A stretch of DNA of 32,000 nucleotides from Desulfobacteraceae bacterium (lineage in GTDB: Bacteria; Desulfobacterota; DSM-4660; Desulfatiglandales; HGW-15). Positions 1 to 7,445 of the stretch are shown here, piece by piece. The first letter of the stretch is position 1. Each line of letters opens with the position of its first letter. The DNA lies in the NCBI GenBank assembly GCA_050123415.1, contig JASFHE010000003.1, forward strand, positions 7,794 to 39,793, in the 5' to 3' direction. A model generated the notes under the pieces. That model was given only the letters and a program-made list of their open reading frames with translations, was not told the DNA's origin and did no database searches. Position numbers and translations under genes: made by a program.

Positions 1-976
1 TGTTTTTCTCTTCAGTAATATTTATTTCCGTATCGGGAGTTACAACCGTTTCTCCATCGGAGAATGGTGCCGGCTGACTCACATCCTTGTTCTCCTTGAT
101 CTCAACACTCAGGTTTCCATGAGCAATGGCTATCGGAGAGATCATGGCATTTTCTCCCATAATGACTGTTCCGGTTCTTTCCGAAAGAATAATTTTTGCC
201 TCCATATCAGGCTGTATCCGGATCTGTTCCAGTGATGCTACCAGGCTGACATGATTCCCGTTATAGGCCTGGGTGATGTCGACTGTAACAGTTCCTGCAT
301 CAACAGGTGTGGCTTTTATGGTTCCCATCTGACTGTTTATCGCGTCAGATATCCGCAGAGCGGTGGTAAAATCAGGATGGTCCAGCGCTATTGTCAGTTT
401 TTCCAGTGTGTTGAAATCAAATGGTACTTCTCTTTCAATCAGGCCGCCTCCCGGGATCCTGGCCACTGTAGGATGGTTTTTCGATACGCCTCCTCCTGCT
501 GCGCCTGAAGAGGCAAAACCGCCAACGAGCAGGGCACCCTGAGCTATTGCGTAAACATTATTGTCCGCACCTTTCAGGGGCGTCATTACCAGTGTACCGC
601 CCTGAAGACTTTTTGCATCACCTACGGATGATACAAGAACATCAAGTTTGCTCCCTTTTTTTGAAAAAGGAGGAAGGGTTGCCGTGACTATAACTGCGGC
701 TACGTTATCGACTTTTACTTTATCAGGAAGACTGTGAATGCCCAGACGTTCCATCATGTTTACAAGGGTTTGTGTCGTAAACTGAGTGGAAGCCCCGTCA
801 CCTGTTCCGTTCAGGCCGATAACAAGGCCATAGCCGATAAGCTGATTGCTTCTGACTCCCTTAAATGATGCAATATCTTTTATCCTGGCCCCGGAGGCGC
901 ATGTGGCATATGCAGATAATACCAGCACTGTAAGTATTATTGTTTTTGTCCGGGATATTTTATTAGCTGATTTCAT
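1..976 (-). CDS. flgI: Flagellar P-ring protein FlgI (about 325 N-terminal codons; C-terminus runs off the left edge)
   Basis: Absent from the ORF track because it is open at the window edge. Reverse-strand ATG at 976..974. Translation starts MKSANKISRTKTIILTVLVLSAYATCASGARIKDIASFKGVRSNQLIGYGLVIGLNGTGDG (signal peptide plus the conserved FlgI N-terminal motif). It is still open at base 2 (...SDGETVVTPDTEINITEEKN). It follows flgH, as in flgFGAHI clusters. Confidence 0.9.
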   Translation of the reverse strand, partial: MKSANKISRTKTIILTVLVLSAYATCASGARIKDIASFKGVRSNQLIGYGLVIGLNGTGDGASTQFTTQTLVNMMERLGIHSLPDKVKVDNVAAVIVTATLPPFSKKGSKLDVLVSSVGDAKSLQGGTLVMTPLKGADNNVYAIAQGALLVGGFASSGAAGGGVSKNHPTVARIPGGGLIEREVPFDFNTLEKLTIALDHPDFTTALRISDAINSQMGTIKATPVDAGTVTVDITQAYNGNHVSLVASLEQIRIQPDMEAKIILSERTGTVIMGENAMISPIAIAHGNLSVEIKENKDVSQPAPFSDGETVVTPDTEINITEEKN

Positions 977-987
977 TTTCTCCTCCA

Positions 988-1731
988 TTAGAATGGCCAA
1001 ATAGTATCTACTGCCCTTGTAAGCCATCCCGGACGCTGTTTGTCGCTTATCGCGCCGCTGCCGAGGTACTCTATCTTAGCGTTTCCTATATAGCTTGAAA
1101 GTATTGTATTATCCGGTGATATATCAACTGGTCTGATTAATCCCGAAAGGACTATTATCTGGGTTTCACTGTTTACACGTATCTCCCTGGTGCCTTCGAT
1201 ATGCAGGTTTCCGTTTGGCATTACATCAATTACCCTGGCAGTGATAGAGGCTTTCATATCGTCGCCCCTTGAAGTGGAGCCTGAGCCGTCAAACAGGTTT
1301 GTCATGGATCCCTTGAGCATATTTGTATTGTTATAGGCATTCCGGACGTCACTTTTTCCAAATGAAGTAAGGTTCTTCATTCTTCCTTCCCAGCCAAGAA
1401 TATTATCAATACCCGCGTTCATGGATGAATTTCTGCTTGTCTGGGTTTTTGCGGATTTGCTCGCGCTTGATGTCTCAACAATATTTATCGTAACAAGATC
1501 TCCTACCTTATACGCGCGCAGGTCCTGAAAATAATCCCTTGAATCCATTTCATTCCATATGCCTGCCAGGGAGACCGGATCTCTCTTGACAAGATCTCTT
1601 TCAAAGGTCCCTGTCCGTAAGACCGGCATGGTTGCGGGCGCGATATTCTGTTTCTGGGGCTGAACCCCGGTGCAGCCCGATACTATTATGATACAAAGGA
1701 TTCCTGCGATTTTATGTGTTATTTTTAACAT
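988..1731 (-). CDS. flgH: Flagellar L-ring lipoprotein FlgH
   Basis: 247-aa ORF with a lipoprotein signal and lipobox (ILCIIIVSGC). L-ring-type sequence follows (DLRAYKVGDLVTINIVE, ITARVIDVMPNGNLHIEGTREIRVNSETQIIVLSGLIRPVDISPDNTILSSYIGNAKIEY). Located between flgA and flgI. Confidence 0.93.
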   Translation of the reverse strand: MLKITHKIAGILCIIIVSGCTGVQPQKQNIAPATMPVLRTGTFERDLVKRDPVSLAGIWNEMDSRDYFQDLRAYKVGDLVTINIVETSSASKSAKTQTSRNSSMNAGIDNILGWEGRMKNLTSFGKSDVRNAYNNTNMLKGSMTNLFDGSGSTSRGDDMKASITARVIDVMPNGNLHIEGTREIRVNSETQIIVLSGLIRPVDISPDNTILSSYIGNAKIEYLGSGAISDKQRPGWLTRAVDTIWPF

Positions 1732-1785
1732 TAAATGCCCCCGGAAAATTACTATTGTGTTTTTCTCTCAGTCTGATGACTTTTA

Positions 1786-2772
1786 TCAGAACCGGACCTC
1801 TACAAGGTCTGTTCTTCTGACAGTCGCTATTATTTCCCTGCCGCTGCTTATATTCATGACGCGGATCTGGTCTCCGACACAACCTTCTTCAAGGGCCTTG
1901 CCCGAGGCTGTTATTAAAAGCTGGTTATTTTCCGCCTTGATTATTACCCGGTCACCCTTTTCAACAGCAGGCGGGACTTCAAACATCCCGGCCTTGATCA
2001 TTTGATCTGCCTGGATCCTGCGGGTTGCCCTTTTTCCTGTTACATCTTTTTTGCTGGTTACGATGCCTCTTTTAGAATATTTCATTTTTTCCGAAACCAG
2101 GGTGATATCTCCTGCCGATATAATTTCACCTGACCTGATGTCCCTTGCGGCCTTAACGACTTCTCTTATTACGCTTATTTTACCTGATACAATTGTTTTT
2201 CTCAGAGAATCACCATTCACCCTGAAATCAATCATCAAAGAAAAGTTGCCGATAAAATTTCTGTTCTGCTTTTCATCTATTTCCCAGTCGAGGTCTCCTT
2301 TTGGAAGGGCAATCGATGCAGGTGAATTAATCCTTTCAATAACAATCCGGTCTCTTTCCCATGGCGCGTTATCCAGGACATAATCGCGGAATATCTCTTC
2401 AATGATTTCCGCCTTTATTATCTGGGCGGTCCTCTCAACGGTTATAGTCTCAGGAACCGAAAGCCTGATATCCTTTTCCGCGTTGATTAAATGTTCCACC
2501 TTGTACATTACCAGGTCTCTGTTCAATCTGCGGAATGTGGCAGGAGAAGGGGATGCTGTTATTTCAATTGATTTCAGTTTGCTTACACGGCTGTCATTTG
2601 CCGGATGAAATGTGGCGATGTCCCCGAGATGAACCATGCCTCCATCAATCTCCAGCCTGTCCTTTACATTTATCTCCAGTGCAAAACATGTTGAAGAGAA
2701 AATTATGCAAAGCACCATGAAGATCTTCAGGATTAACAATGATTTGATATGCACACTATTTTGATTGGTCAT
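1786..2772 (-). CDS. flgA: Flagellar basal-body P-ring formation chaperone FlgA
   Basis: 328-aa ORF with an N-terminal signal peptide (LCIIFSSTCFA). FlgA/SAF-type C-terminal part (GDRVIIKAENNQLLITASGKALEEGCVGDQIRVMNISSGREIIATV). Located between flgG and flgH. Longer than enterobacterial FlgA. Confidence 0.85.
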   Translation of the reverse strand: MTNQNSVHIKSLLILKIFMVLCIIFSSTCFALEINVKDRLEIDGGMVHLGDIATFHPANDSRVSKLKSIEITASPSPATFRRLNRDLVMYKVEHLINAEKDIRLSVPETITVERTAQIIKAEIIEEIFRDYVLDNAPWERDRIVIERINSPASIALPKGDLDWEIDEKQNRNFIGNFSLMIDFRVNGDSLRKTIVSGKISVIREVVKAARDIRSGEIISAGDITLVSEKMKYSKRGIVTSKKDVTGKRATRRIQADQMIKAGMFEVPPAVEKGDRVIIKAENNQLLITASGKALEEGCVGDQIRVMNISSGREIIATVRRTDLVEVRF

Positions 2773-2782
2773 GATTTTAACC

Positions 2783-3568
2783 CTATCTCTTTATATTGTT
2801 TGCCATCTGCATCATTTCATCTGCGGCCCTGATTGACTTGGATGATATTTCATAGGCGCGCTGACCGGCTATCATGTTTACCATTTCTTCCACAACATCA
2901 ACATTTGACATTTCCAGTGAGCCCTGAACCACAGTGCCAAGCCCGTCAACACCCGGATTGCCCTCAACCGGATCACCCGAAGCTTCTGTCGGACTGTAAT
3001 AGTTGCCGCCAAGGCTTTTCATCCCTGAGGGATTGACAAAATTGTACAGGGTCAGTTGCGCGGTAGCTGTAACCGTGCTGCCGTCCGCTTCCATTGCCAC
3101 CAGTGATCCGCCGCTGTCAATGGTGAATGTTACGGAATTGGATGGTATTGATACTTCAGGCTGAAGCCTGTCTCCCTGGGAGGTGACAATGTATCCCTCG
3201 GAATCAAGCTTGAATGAACCGGCCCGTGTGTACACCTCTTCACCGTTGCTTATGATCCTGAAAAAGCCGTTTCCCTCAATTGCCATGTCTAGGGGATTTC
3301 CTGTCTGGGTGAAATCTCCCTGTGAAAATATTTTTTGTACGGAAACAGGCCTTGTACCCATACCTATCTGGATACCGGTGGGTATCTGACCGCCGGAACT
3401 GGTGTCTGCCCCCGGTGATTTAAGGTTCTGATACAGAAGGTCCTCAAAATCGGCACGGCTTTTCTTAAATCCGCTTGTATTAACATTTGCAAGATTCTGT
3501 GCGATTACATCCATATTGAGTTTTTGGGCTGACATGCCTGAAGCGGCTGTCCAAAGGCTTCTAATCAT
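2783..3568 (-). CDS. flgG: Flagellar distal rod protein FlgG
   Basis: 261 aa. N-terminus MIRSLWTAASGMSAQKLNMDVIAQNLANVNTSGFKK and C-terminus SNVDVVEEMVNMIAGQRAYEISSKSIRAADEMMQMANNIKR are the conserved rod/hook axial-protein termini. AAGGAG Shine-Dalgarno (SD) sequence upstream. Confidence 0.95.
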   Translation of the reverse strand: MIRSLWTAASGMSAQKLNMDVIAQNLANVNTSGFKKSRADFEDLLYQNLKSPGADTSSGGQIPTGIQIGMGTRPVSVQKIFSQGDFTQTGNPLDMAIEGNGFFRIISNGEEVYTRAGSFKLDSEGYIVTSQGDRLQPEVSIPSNSVTFTIDSGGSLVAMEADGSTVTATAQLTLYNFVNPSGMKSLGGNYYSPTEASGDPVEGNPGVDGLGTVVQGSLEMSNVDVVEEMVNMIAGQRAYEISSKSIRAADEMMQMANNIKR

Positions 3569-3623
3569 TTCCTGTTCTCCTTGTTTTATTTACTTTTTGA
3601 GTCATTTTATTTTTTATTAATTT

Positions 3624-4337
3624 TTATCTTAATCTGCCGACCTGGTTTATGGCCCTGTTGTTAAGCTCATCAATAACCCTCATGGATTTCTGATAGGACT
3701 CAAAGGCCCTTAGGGCATGAATCATATTGATCATTTCTTCGGCAGCATTTACATTCGACAGTTCGGTATATCCCTGGCTTACAATCGTTTCTGAAGGCAT
3801 ATCCATTTCGGGTAGTTCCTGCGTATTCATAAAGAGATTTTTACCTGCCTTTACAATTCCCTGATAATCTTCAAAATCTACAATGGCCAGCTGGTCGAGC
3901 GGGCCGGTATCTGTTAAAAGGAATCCCTTTTTGTCCATTGTGAGGTCATTTCCGATAATTTTGATCGGGCCTGATTTCCCCAATACCTTGTCGCCGCTGT
4001 GAGTGATCAGATTTCCCTCGACATCAAGAGTGAAATTGCCTTTTCTTGTATATCTGATACCGTCTTCGGTCTGTATCTTAAAGAATCCTTTACCTGATAT
4101 GGCAAAATCCAGTTCGTTTCCGGTCGCTCTTATATCTCCCTGCTCCATATCGGGTCTGATAGTTACATTTGCGGGTGCGTCAGCGGTAACTGCCGCCTGG
4201 TTCAGGATTTTTTGAAAGGAAATCCTGTCTTTTTTGTAGCCGATAACGTTGATGTTGGCGAGGTTGCCGGAGAGAATATCCATTCTCAGTTCCTCTTTCA
4301 TACAACCTCTGGAAGATTCAAGCATTCCGTTTATCAT
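3624..4337 (-). CDS. flgF: Flagellar proximal rod protein FlgF
   Basis: Rod-protein termini (DILSGNLANINVIGYKK ... SNVNAAEEMINMIHALRAFESYQKSMRVIDELNNRAINQVGRLR). I moved the start from the track's ATG at 4376 to the ATG at 4337 (MINGMLESS...). AGGAGG (4348..4343) lies 5 nt upstream of 4337. The 4376 ATG lies just downstream of the -12 element of the sigma54 promoter match at 4379..4394, so it would probably fall upstream of the transcription start. Confidence 0.85.
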   Translation of the reverse strand: MINGMLESSRGCMKEELRMDILSGNLANINVIGYKKDRISFQKILNQAAVTADAPANVTIRPDMEQGDIRATGNELDFAISGKGFFKIQTEDGIRYTRKGNFTLDVEGNLITHSGDKVLGKSGPIKIIGNDLTMDKKGFLLTDTGPLDQLAIVDFEDYQGIVKAGKNLFMNTQELPEMDMPSETIVSQGYTELSNVNAAEEMINMIHALRAFESYQKSMRVIDELNNRAINQVGRLR

Positions 4338-4378
4338 CTTTGCCTCCTGGTAATTTGATGACCGTTGCCAATACATAT

Positions 4379-4394
4379 AGCAATTATCATACCA
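4379..4394 (-). promoter_or_regulatory. Sigma54 (-24/-12) type promoter of the flgF-flgG-flgA-flgH-flgI unit
   Basis: The reverse strand reads TGGTATGATAATTGCT. GG and GC are separated by 10 nt as in the consensus TGGCAC-N5-TTGCW. It lies about 42 nt upstream of the flgF ATG at 4337, in a 465-bp gap. Confidence 0.6.
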
Positions 4395-4530
4395 TTACTC
4401 CTGCCCGGATTTATGTCCGGGGAACAACCTGTAACTTGTAGAAATTAAAGAGAAAATTAGATTTTATAACGAAACGTCGAATTATGGCTTTTTATATGGA
4501 ACTGTCAGATATGAAGACCTTTCCCCCTGA

Positions 4531-4566
4531 CCGGCAAATATTTCCCGGTTTAAAGCCTGAAACCGG
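4531..4566. promoter_or_regulatory. Interlocking CCGG dyads, candidate upstream activator site for the flgF promoter
   Basis: CCGGCAAATATTTCCCGG (4531..4548) is a 16/18 palindrome. It overlaps CCGGTTT-N8-AAACCGG (4545..4551 / 4560..4566). The centres lie about 147 and 163 bp upstream of the -24 GG. Function is inferred only. Confidence 0.3.
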
Positions 4567-4802
4567 AAAAAACTTTGAACCAAATCATGGCTGTAAATCG
4601 CCAAATGCCTGAAAGAACACCTTCTTTCCCTGATTTATTCATTGGATTTTTAAAATGGCATAGAATTTGAACTGCTACTCAGCGAAATGTTTTTTATTCC
4701 GTTAGAGACGAAAGATGTAACCGGAGGAGTATAAGGGGCAGGTTTGTCTTCAGTCGAGGCGGAGTAATTTATTCATAACTTGGCCTGAGAGGAGACAGCA
4801 AA

Positions 4803-5225
4803 ATGCGCTACAGGTTTATTTCCCTTGTCTTTTGCGTGGGGGTGTGCCTGATGATACCGGCCTGTACACCGGGGGTGTATGTGAAAATGGATTCTACAGC
4901 CCCTGAACGCAATCCCGTATTCATCGGCATGAAAAGACATGATGCAGAGCTGCATCTTGGAGACCCGATTTTTATTGCCCGCCTGAACGATGATCAATAC
5001 AGGGGGATATATGAATATGAGGCAGTCCCATGTGCCATGGATACCCTGGCCTACGATATAATGGACTTCACGACCCTTGGGTTCGGTAATCTTATTGTAA
5101 GTCCCCTGGACAGGTCCAAAGGAAGCAGGCATCTTGTTGCTGTTGTGTATCAGATGGAAGACGAATATGTAAACAATGACAGGGTGGTGGACATTAAGGA
5201 AAAAATAAAGATTTCACTGGATTAA
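4803..5225 (+). CDS. Putative small lipoprotein of unknown function (weak BamE/SmpA-OmlA-like motif)
   Basis: 140-aa ORF and the only plus-strand gene. AGGAG lies 9 nt upstream of the ATG. Signal peptide with a lipobox-like IPAC (MRYRFISLVFCVGVCLMIPAC). GMKRHDAELHLGDP resembles the GMtkxqVxxlLGxP motif of BamE-like lipoproteins. Confidence 0.6.
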   Translation: MRYRFISLVFCVGVCLMIPACTPGVYVKMDSTAPERNPVFIGMKRHDAELHLGDPIFIARLNDDQYRGIYEYEAVPCAMDTLAYDIMDFTTLGFGNLIVSPLDRSKGSRHLVAVVYQMEDEYVNNDRVVDIKEKIKISLD

Positions 5226-5238
5226 GGCCTGGAATGAA

Positions 5239-5523
5239 TTATCCGGTCTTCATCTTGTTATTAATACGGTAGGCAAAGGCCAGTATTTCGGCAACCGCGC
5301 GGTATAATTCCGGAGGAATCTCGTCATAAAAATCAAGCTGAGCAAGGGCGGTTACCAGGTCCGGGTCCTCGGTAATGGGTATACCTTCCTTTTCTGCCAG
5401 TTCAAGTATCTTTTCCGCAATGCGGCCTGTACCCTTTGCTGTGATCCGGGGGGCAGTGTCTTTTTCCCTGTCATATTTCAGGGCAACGGCTTTTTTAATT
5501 TTTTCCTTGTAATTTTCTTCCAT
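5239..5523 (-). CDS. Stand-alone FlhB C-terminal-domain protein (EscU/YscU/FlhB switch-domain family, YlqH-like)
   Basis: The 94-aa product aligns by eye with the post-NPTH part of the FlhB in this window. AVALKYDREKDTAPRITAKGTGRIAEKILELAEKEGIPITEDPDLVTALAQLDFYDEIPPELYRAVAEILAFAY matches FlhB LSIALKYKPDEDMKAPVIVAKGANNIAFRIREIAVKHNIPMMENKPLAQNLYKLELGTEIPPQFYQAVAEILAYVY. It has no TM segments and no NPTH. Confidence 0.85.
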   Translation of the reverse strand: MEENYKEKIKKAVALKYDREKDTAPRITAKGTGRIAEKILELAEKEGIPITEDPDLVTALAQLDFYDEIPPELYRAVAEILAFAYRINNKMKTG

Positions 5524-5533
5524 AAAAATGTGC

Positions 5534-6604
5534 CTAAATTACAATATCCACGGATGAATTATTATCCGTTTCCACAGTATCGGAAGCAATTATTTTTTCC
5601 TTAACTTCACAGCGTATATTACTGATATTTATGTCCATATTCCTGAATGCTTCTTCAAGTTCGCTGATGCTTTCGGTTATGAATCCTTTTGTTTCCTCTT
5701 TCTCAACATCAATCTGTATCCCTACAGTATCTTTTATTATGGACACATCTATGTTCATCTTACCCGCAAAGCGCATATCAAGAAATAATGAAAAGTGCAG
5801 TGAGCCTTCCTTATTCTCTTTTACAAAGAATTCGGACGATAAAAAGTCATCATCATTAATGAAGGGCAGGTGTATAAACCAGCCAAGATCTTCTCTCATG
5901 GTATTGAGGTTCATGATCTGTTCCTGCTCAATATGATTCAGGGCCTCCCGCACCTTCATCGAAAGAGCCTTCATTCCCTCCTGGTCGACTGAGGTTTTTT
6001 CAATATTTTTCAGCAATTTTAAAAGCAGACCCTTCAGGTCGGTATCTGCCATTTCCTTTTGCATTAAAACCTTTTTTCCTGTAAGTACCTGTAAAACTTT
6101 TGATTCCCAGAAAATACCGCTTCCCCGGATATTTTTGTTGACCCAGGGGAGAATCTCCGTGATGTCTTTTTTAAGAACAGGGGAATTAACCAGATTCTGG
6201 AGTTTAACTATCAGGTTTGAGGCCTGTGAAGGAAGATTTTTAACAGTCCGGGAATTAACCAGCACAGAGAGCGCGTCAGTGAGTCTGCGTCCGACCGTAT
6301 TGGCTGAGGAGAAAAGTTTAGTGATATTTCCGGCTGCGTTGGTATCGATCTCAAGTACCTTGAGCTCTATCTTACTTTTCGATGAAAGGACTATAAAATT
6401 GTAATTCTTATTATCTTTTAGAGGGAACGCTGAATGGGCCCTGAAGTTTTTACCTCCGGAGGAAATTATAAAATCTCCGTCCTTCAGTTTTTGAATTACA
6501 GTTCCTTTTATCAATGTTCCCTGTTTCAGCGGTATATCCGATTTTTTATTATTGCCTTCAGGTGTGGTTTTGACCGGACTGTTAGTTTGAATGGGACGGA
6601 GCAT
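5534..6604 (-). CDS. FliK-like protein (hook-length-control-type C-terminal domain), function unknown
   Basis: 356 aa. The C-terminal segment LHFSLFLDMRFAGKMNIDVSIIKDTVGIQIDVEKEETKGFITESISELEEAFRNMDINISNIRCEV has the beta-rich pattern of the FliK C-terminal (Flg_hook) domain. Compare the bona fide FliK here: LQITPPDLGKLDIDLTIKNGHIHASLGTENAVVKEIIEANLNQLKQQLNDQGLTVDRFDV. A central SGIFWESK motif is also present. It lies directly upstream of the FlhB-C-like gene (10-nt gap). Confidence 0.6.
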   Translation of the reverse strand: MLRPIQTNSPVKTTPEGNNKKSDIPLKQGTLIKGTVIQKLKDGDFIISSGGKNFRAHSAFPLKDNKNYNFIVLSSKSKIELKVLEIDTNAAGNITKLFSSANTVGRRLTDALSVLVNSRTVKNLPSQASNLIVKLQNLVNSPVLKKDITEILPWVNKNIRGSGIFWESKVLQVLTGKKVLMQKEMADTDLKGLLLKLLKNIEKTSVDQEGMKALSMKVREALNHIEQEQIMNLNTMREDLGWFIHLPFINDDDFLSSEFFVKENKEGSLHFSLFLDMRFAGKMNIDVSIIKDTVGIQIDVEKEETKGFITESISELEEAFRNMDINISNIRCEVKEKIIASDTVETDNNSSVDIVI

Positions 6605-6624
6605 GGAATCAGACGGCCCCTTTC

Positions 6625-7110
6625 TTACGGATTGTTGACAGTATTACCCATCTGCCTGTTCTGTAATTTTATCAGCAGCTCAATTTCGCCTACGGATATT
6701 CCGAGTTGCTGAGCGATCTCCTGTTTTGAAAGCCCCTTTTTCAAAAGATCGTTCACTGATGTGCGTACCCTTCTGGAATCATGTTCGGAACCATAGGAAT
6801 GAACTGGGTGTGAACTGTATTCCTTTATTATGTTTTGCAGCTGATTATAAGACTGGTCCGCTTTTTTTAAAATATCATCCAGCTGCCCGAGCATTTTACG
6901 GCTTATTTCCTTTTTCTCTTCAAGGTTTTTATCAAGCTGCCTTGTCAGTTCTTTCATTTCAGCAAGTATCTTCTCGGGTTTTTCAAACACCGCGCTTAAA
7001 TCAATATTTTTTTTCCTCATCGCAAGGTGGCTTTTTAAAAACCACAGCAGGAGAAAAATAATAATAATCTCAATTGCTGTCTGCCCTATTACCCATGTCT
7101 CTATAGTCAT
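6625..7110 (-). CDS. Membrane-anchored coiled-coil protein with C-terminal HTH (DUF2802-like architecture)
   Basis: 161 aa. One N-terminal TM segment (IGQTAIEIIIIFLLLWFL) is followed by basic residues, so the C-terminus is predicted cytoplasmic. Then a K/E/L-rich coiled-coil region. The C-terminus LLKKGLSKQEIAQQLGISVGEIELLIKL resembles a sigma70-region-4/LuxR-type helix-turn-helix. Only 5 nt separate it from the preceding gene. Confidence 0.6.
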   Translation of the reverse strand: MTIETWVIGQTAIEIIIIFLLLWFLKSHLAMRKKNIDLSAVFEKPEKILAEMKELTRQLDKNLEEKKEISRKMLGQLDDILKKADQSYNQLQNIIKEYSSHPVHSYGSEHDSRRVRTSVNDLLKKGLSKQEIAQQLGISVGEIELLIKLQNRQMGNTVNNP

Positions 7111-7115
7111 AATAG

Positions 7116-7397
7116 CTATATTTTAAGATCAACCTTGGGGCACAGGGATTTCTTTTTCTTTATAAATCCGTAGCCCATCTGATCCTCACACTCCTTGTTA
7201 TCAGCTCTGTCATGTTCAATCTCAACCAGGACCGAATCATCATCTTCTCTATCTTCTCTGATTTTTTGCTCTTTTTCAGGTTTGTTCTGGTGTTTATTCT
7301 TTTTGTCCCTGGCCTTTCTTTTCTTCTCGATCTTCCATACTCCGCCCGGAGTATTTGATATTACGAGTGGCCTGTCTACTTTTGAAAAGTCGCTCAT
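7116..7397 (-). CDS. Hypothetical 93-aa highly charged (K/E/D-rich) protein
   Basis: Strong SD (AAAGGAG, 6 nt before the ATG at 7397) and tight operon packing support coding. The sequence is dominated by KKRKARDKKNKHQNKPEKEQKIREDREDDD. No family recognised. Confidence 0.5.
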   Translation of the reverse strand: MSDFSKVDRPLVISNTPGGVWKIEKKRKARDKKNKHQNKPEKEQKIREDREDDDSVLVEIEHDRADNKECEDQMGYGFIKKKKSLCPKVDLKI

Positions 7398-7445
7398 TTT
7401 GATCTCCTTTCTTTTAAAAAGGAGGGCAGGCTGTCACCCCGCTGA

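Noticed and set aside
815-840. Two plus-strand GCCGATAA motifs (815..822 and 833..840) matching the sigma28 -10 consensus.
   Set aside because: They are the antisense reading of the conserved FlgI codons (LIGYGLVIGLNG). There is no TAAA -35 element at the right spacing, and no plus-strand gene lies downstream.
4338-4376. 13-codon N-terminal extension of flgF (track start MYWQRSSNYQEAK).
   Set aside because: AGGAGG is optimally placed for the downstream ATG at 4337. The 4376 ATG sits only 3 nt downstream of the sigma54 promoter match at 4379..4394 (immediately after its -12 element), so it would probably lie upstream of the transcription start and not be on the mRNA.
4656-4671. Plus-strand TGGCATAGAATTTGAA upstream of the lipoprotein gene, a sigma54-like match.
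   Set aside because: The -12 element reads TTGA instead of TTGC, so the near-invariant GC dinucleotide is missing. It lies about 135 nt from the ATG. This is not enough to call a promoter.
4773-5132. 119-aa minus-strand ORF overlapping the plus-strand lipoprotein gene.
   Set aside because: The plus-strand frame has an SD sequence, a signal peptide with a lipobox-like motif and a recognisable domain motif. The minus-strand product (H/G/C/P-rich) has no such features and no SD.
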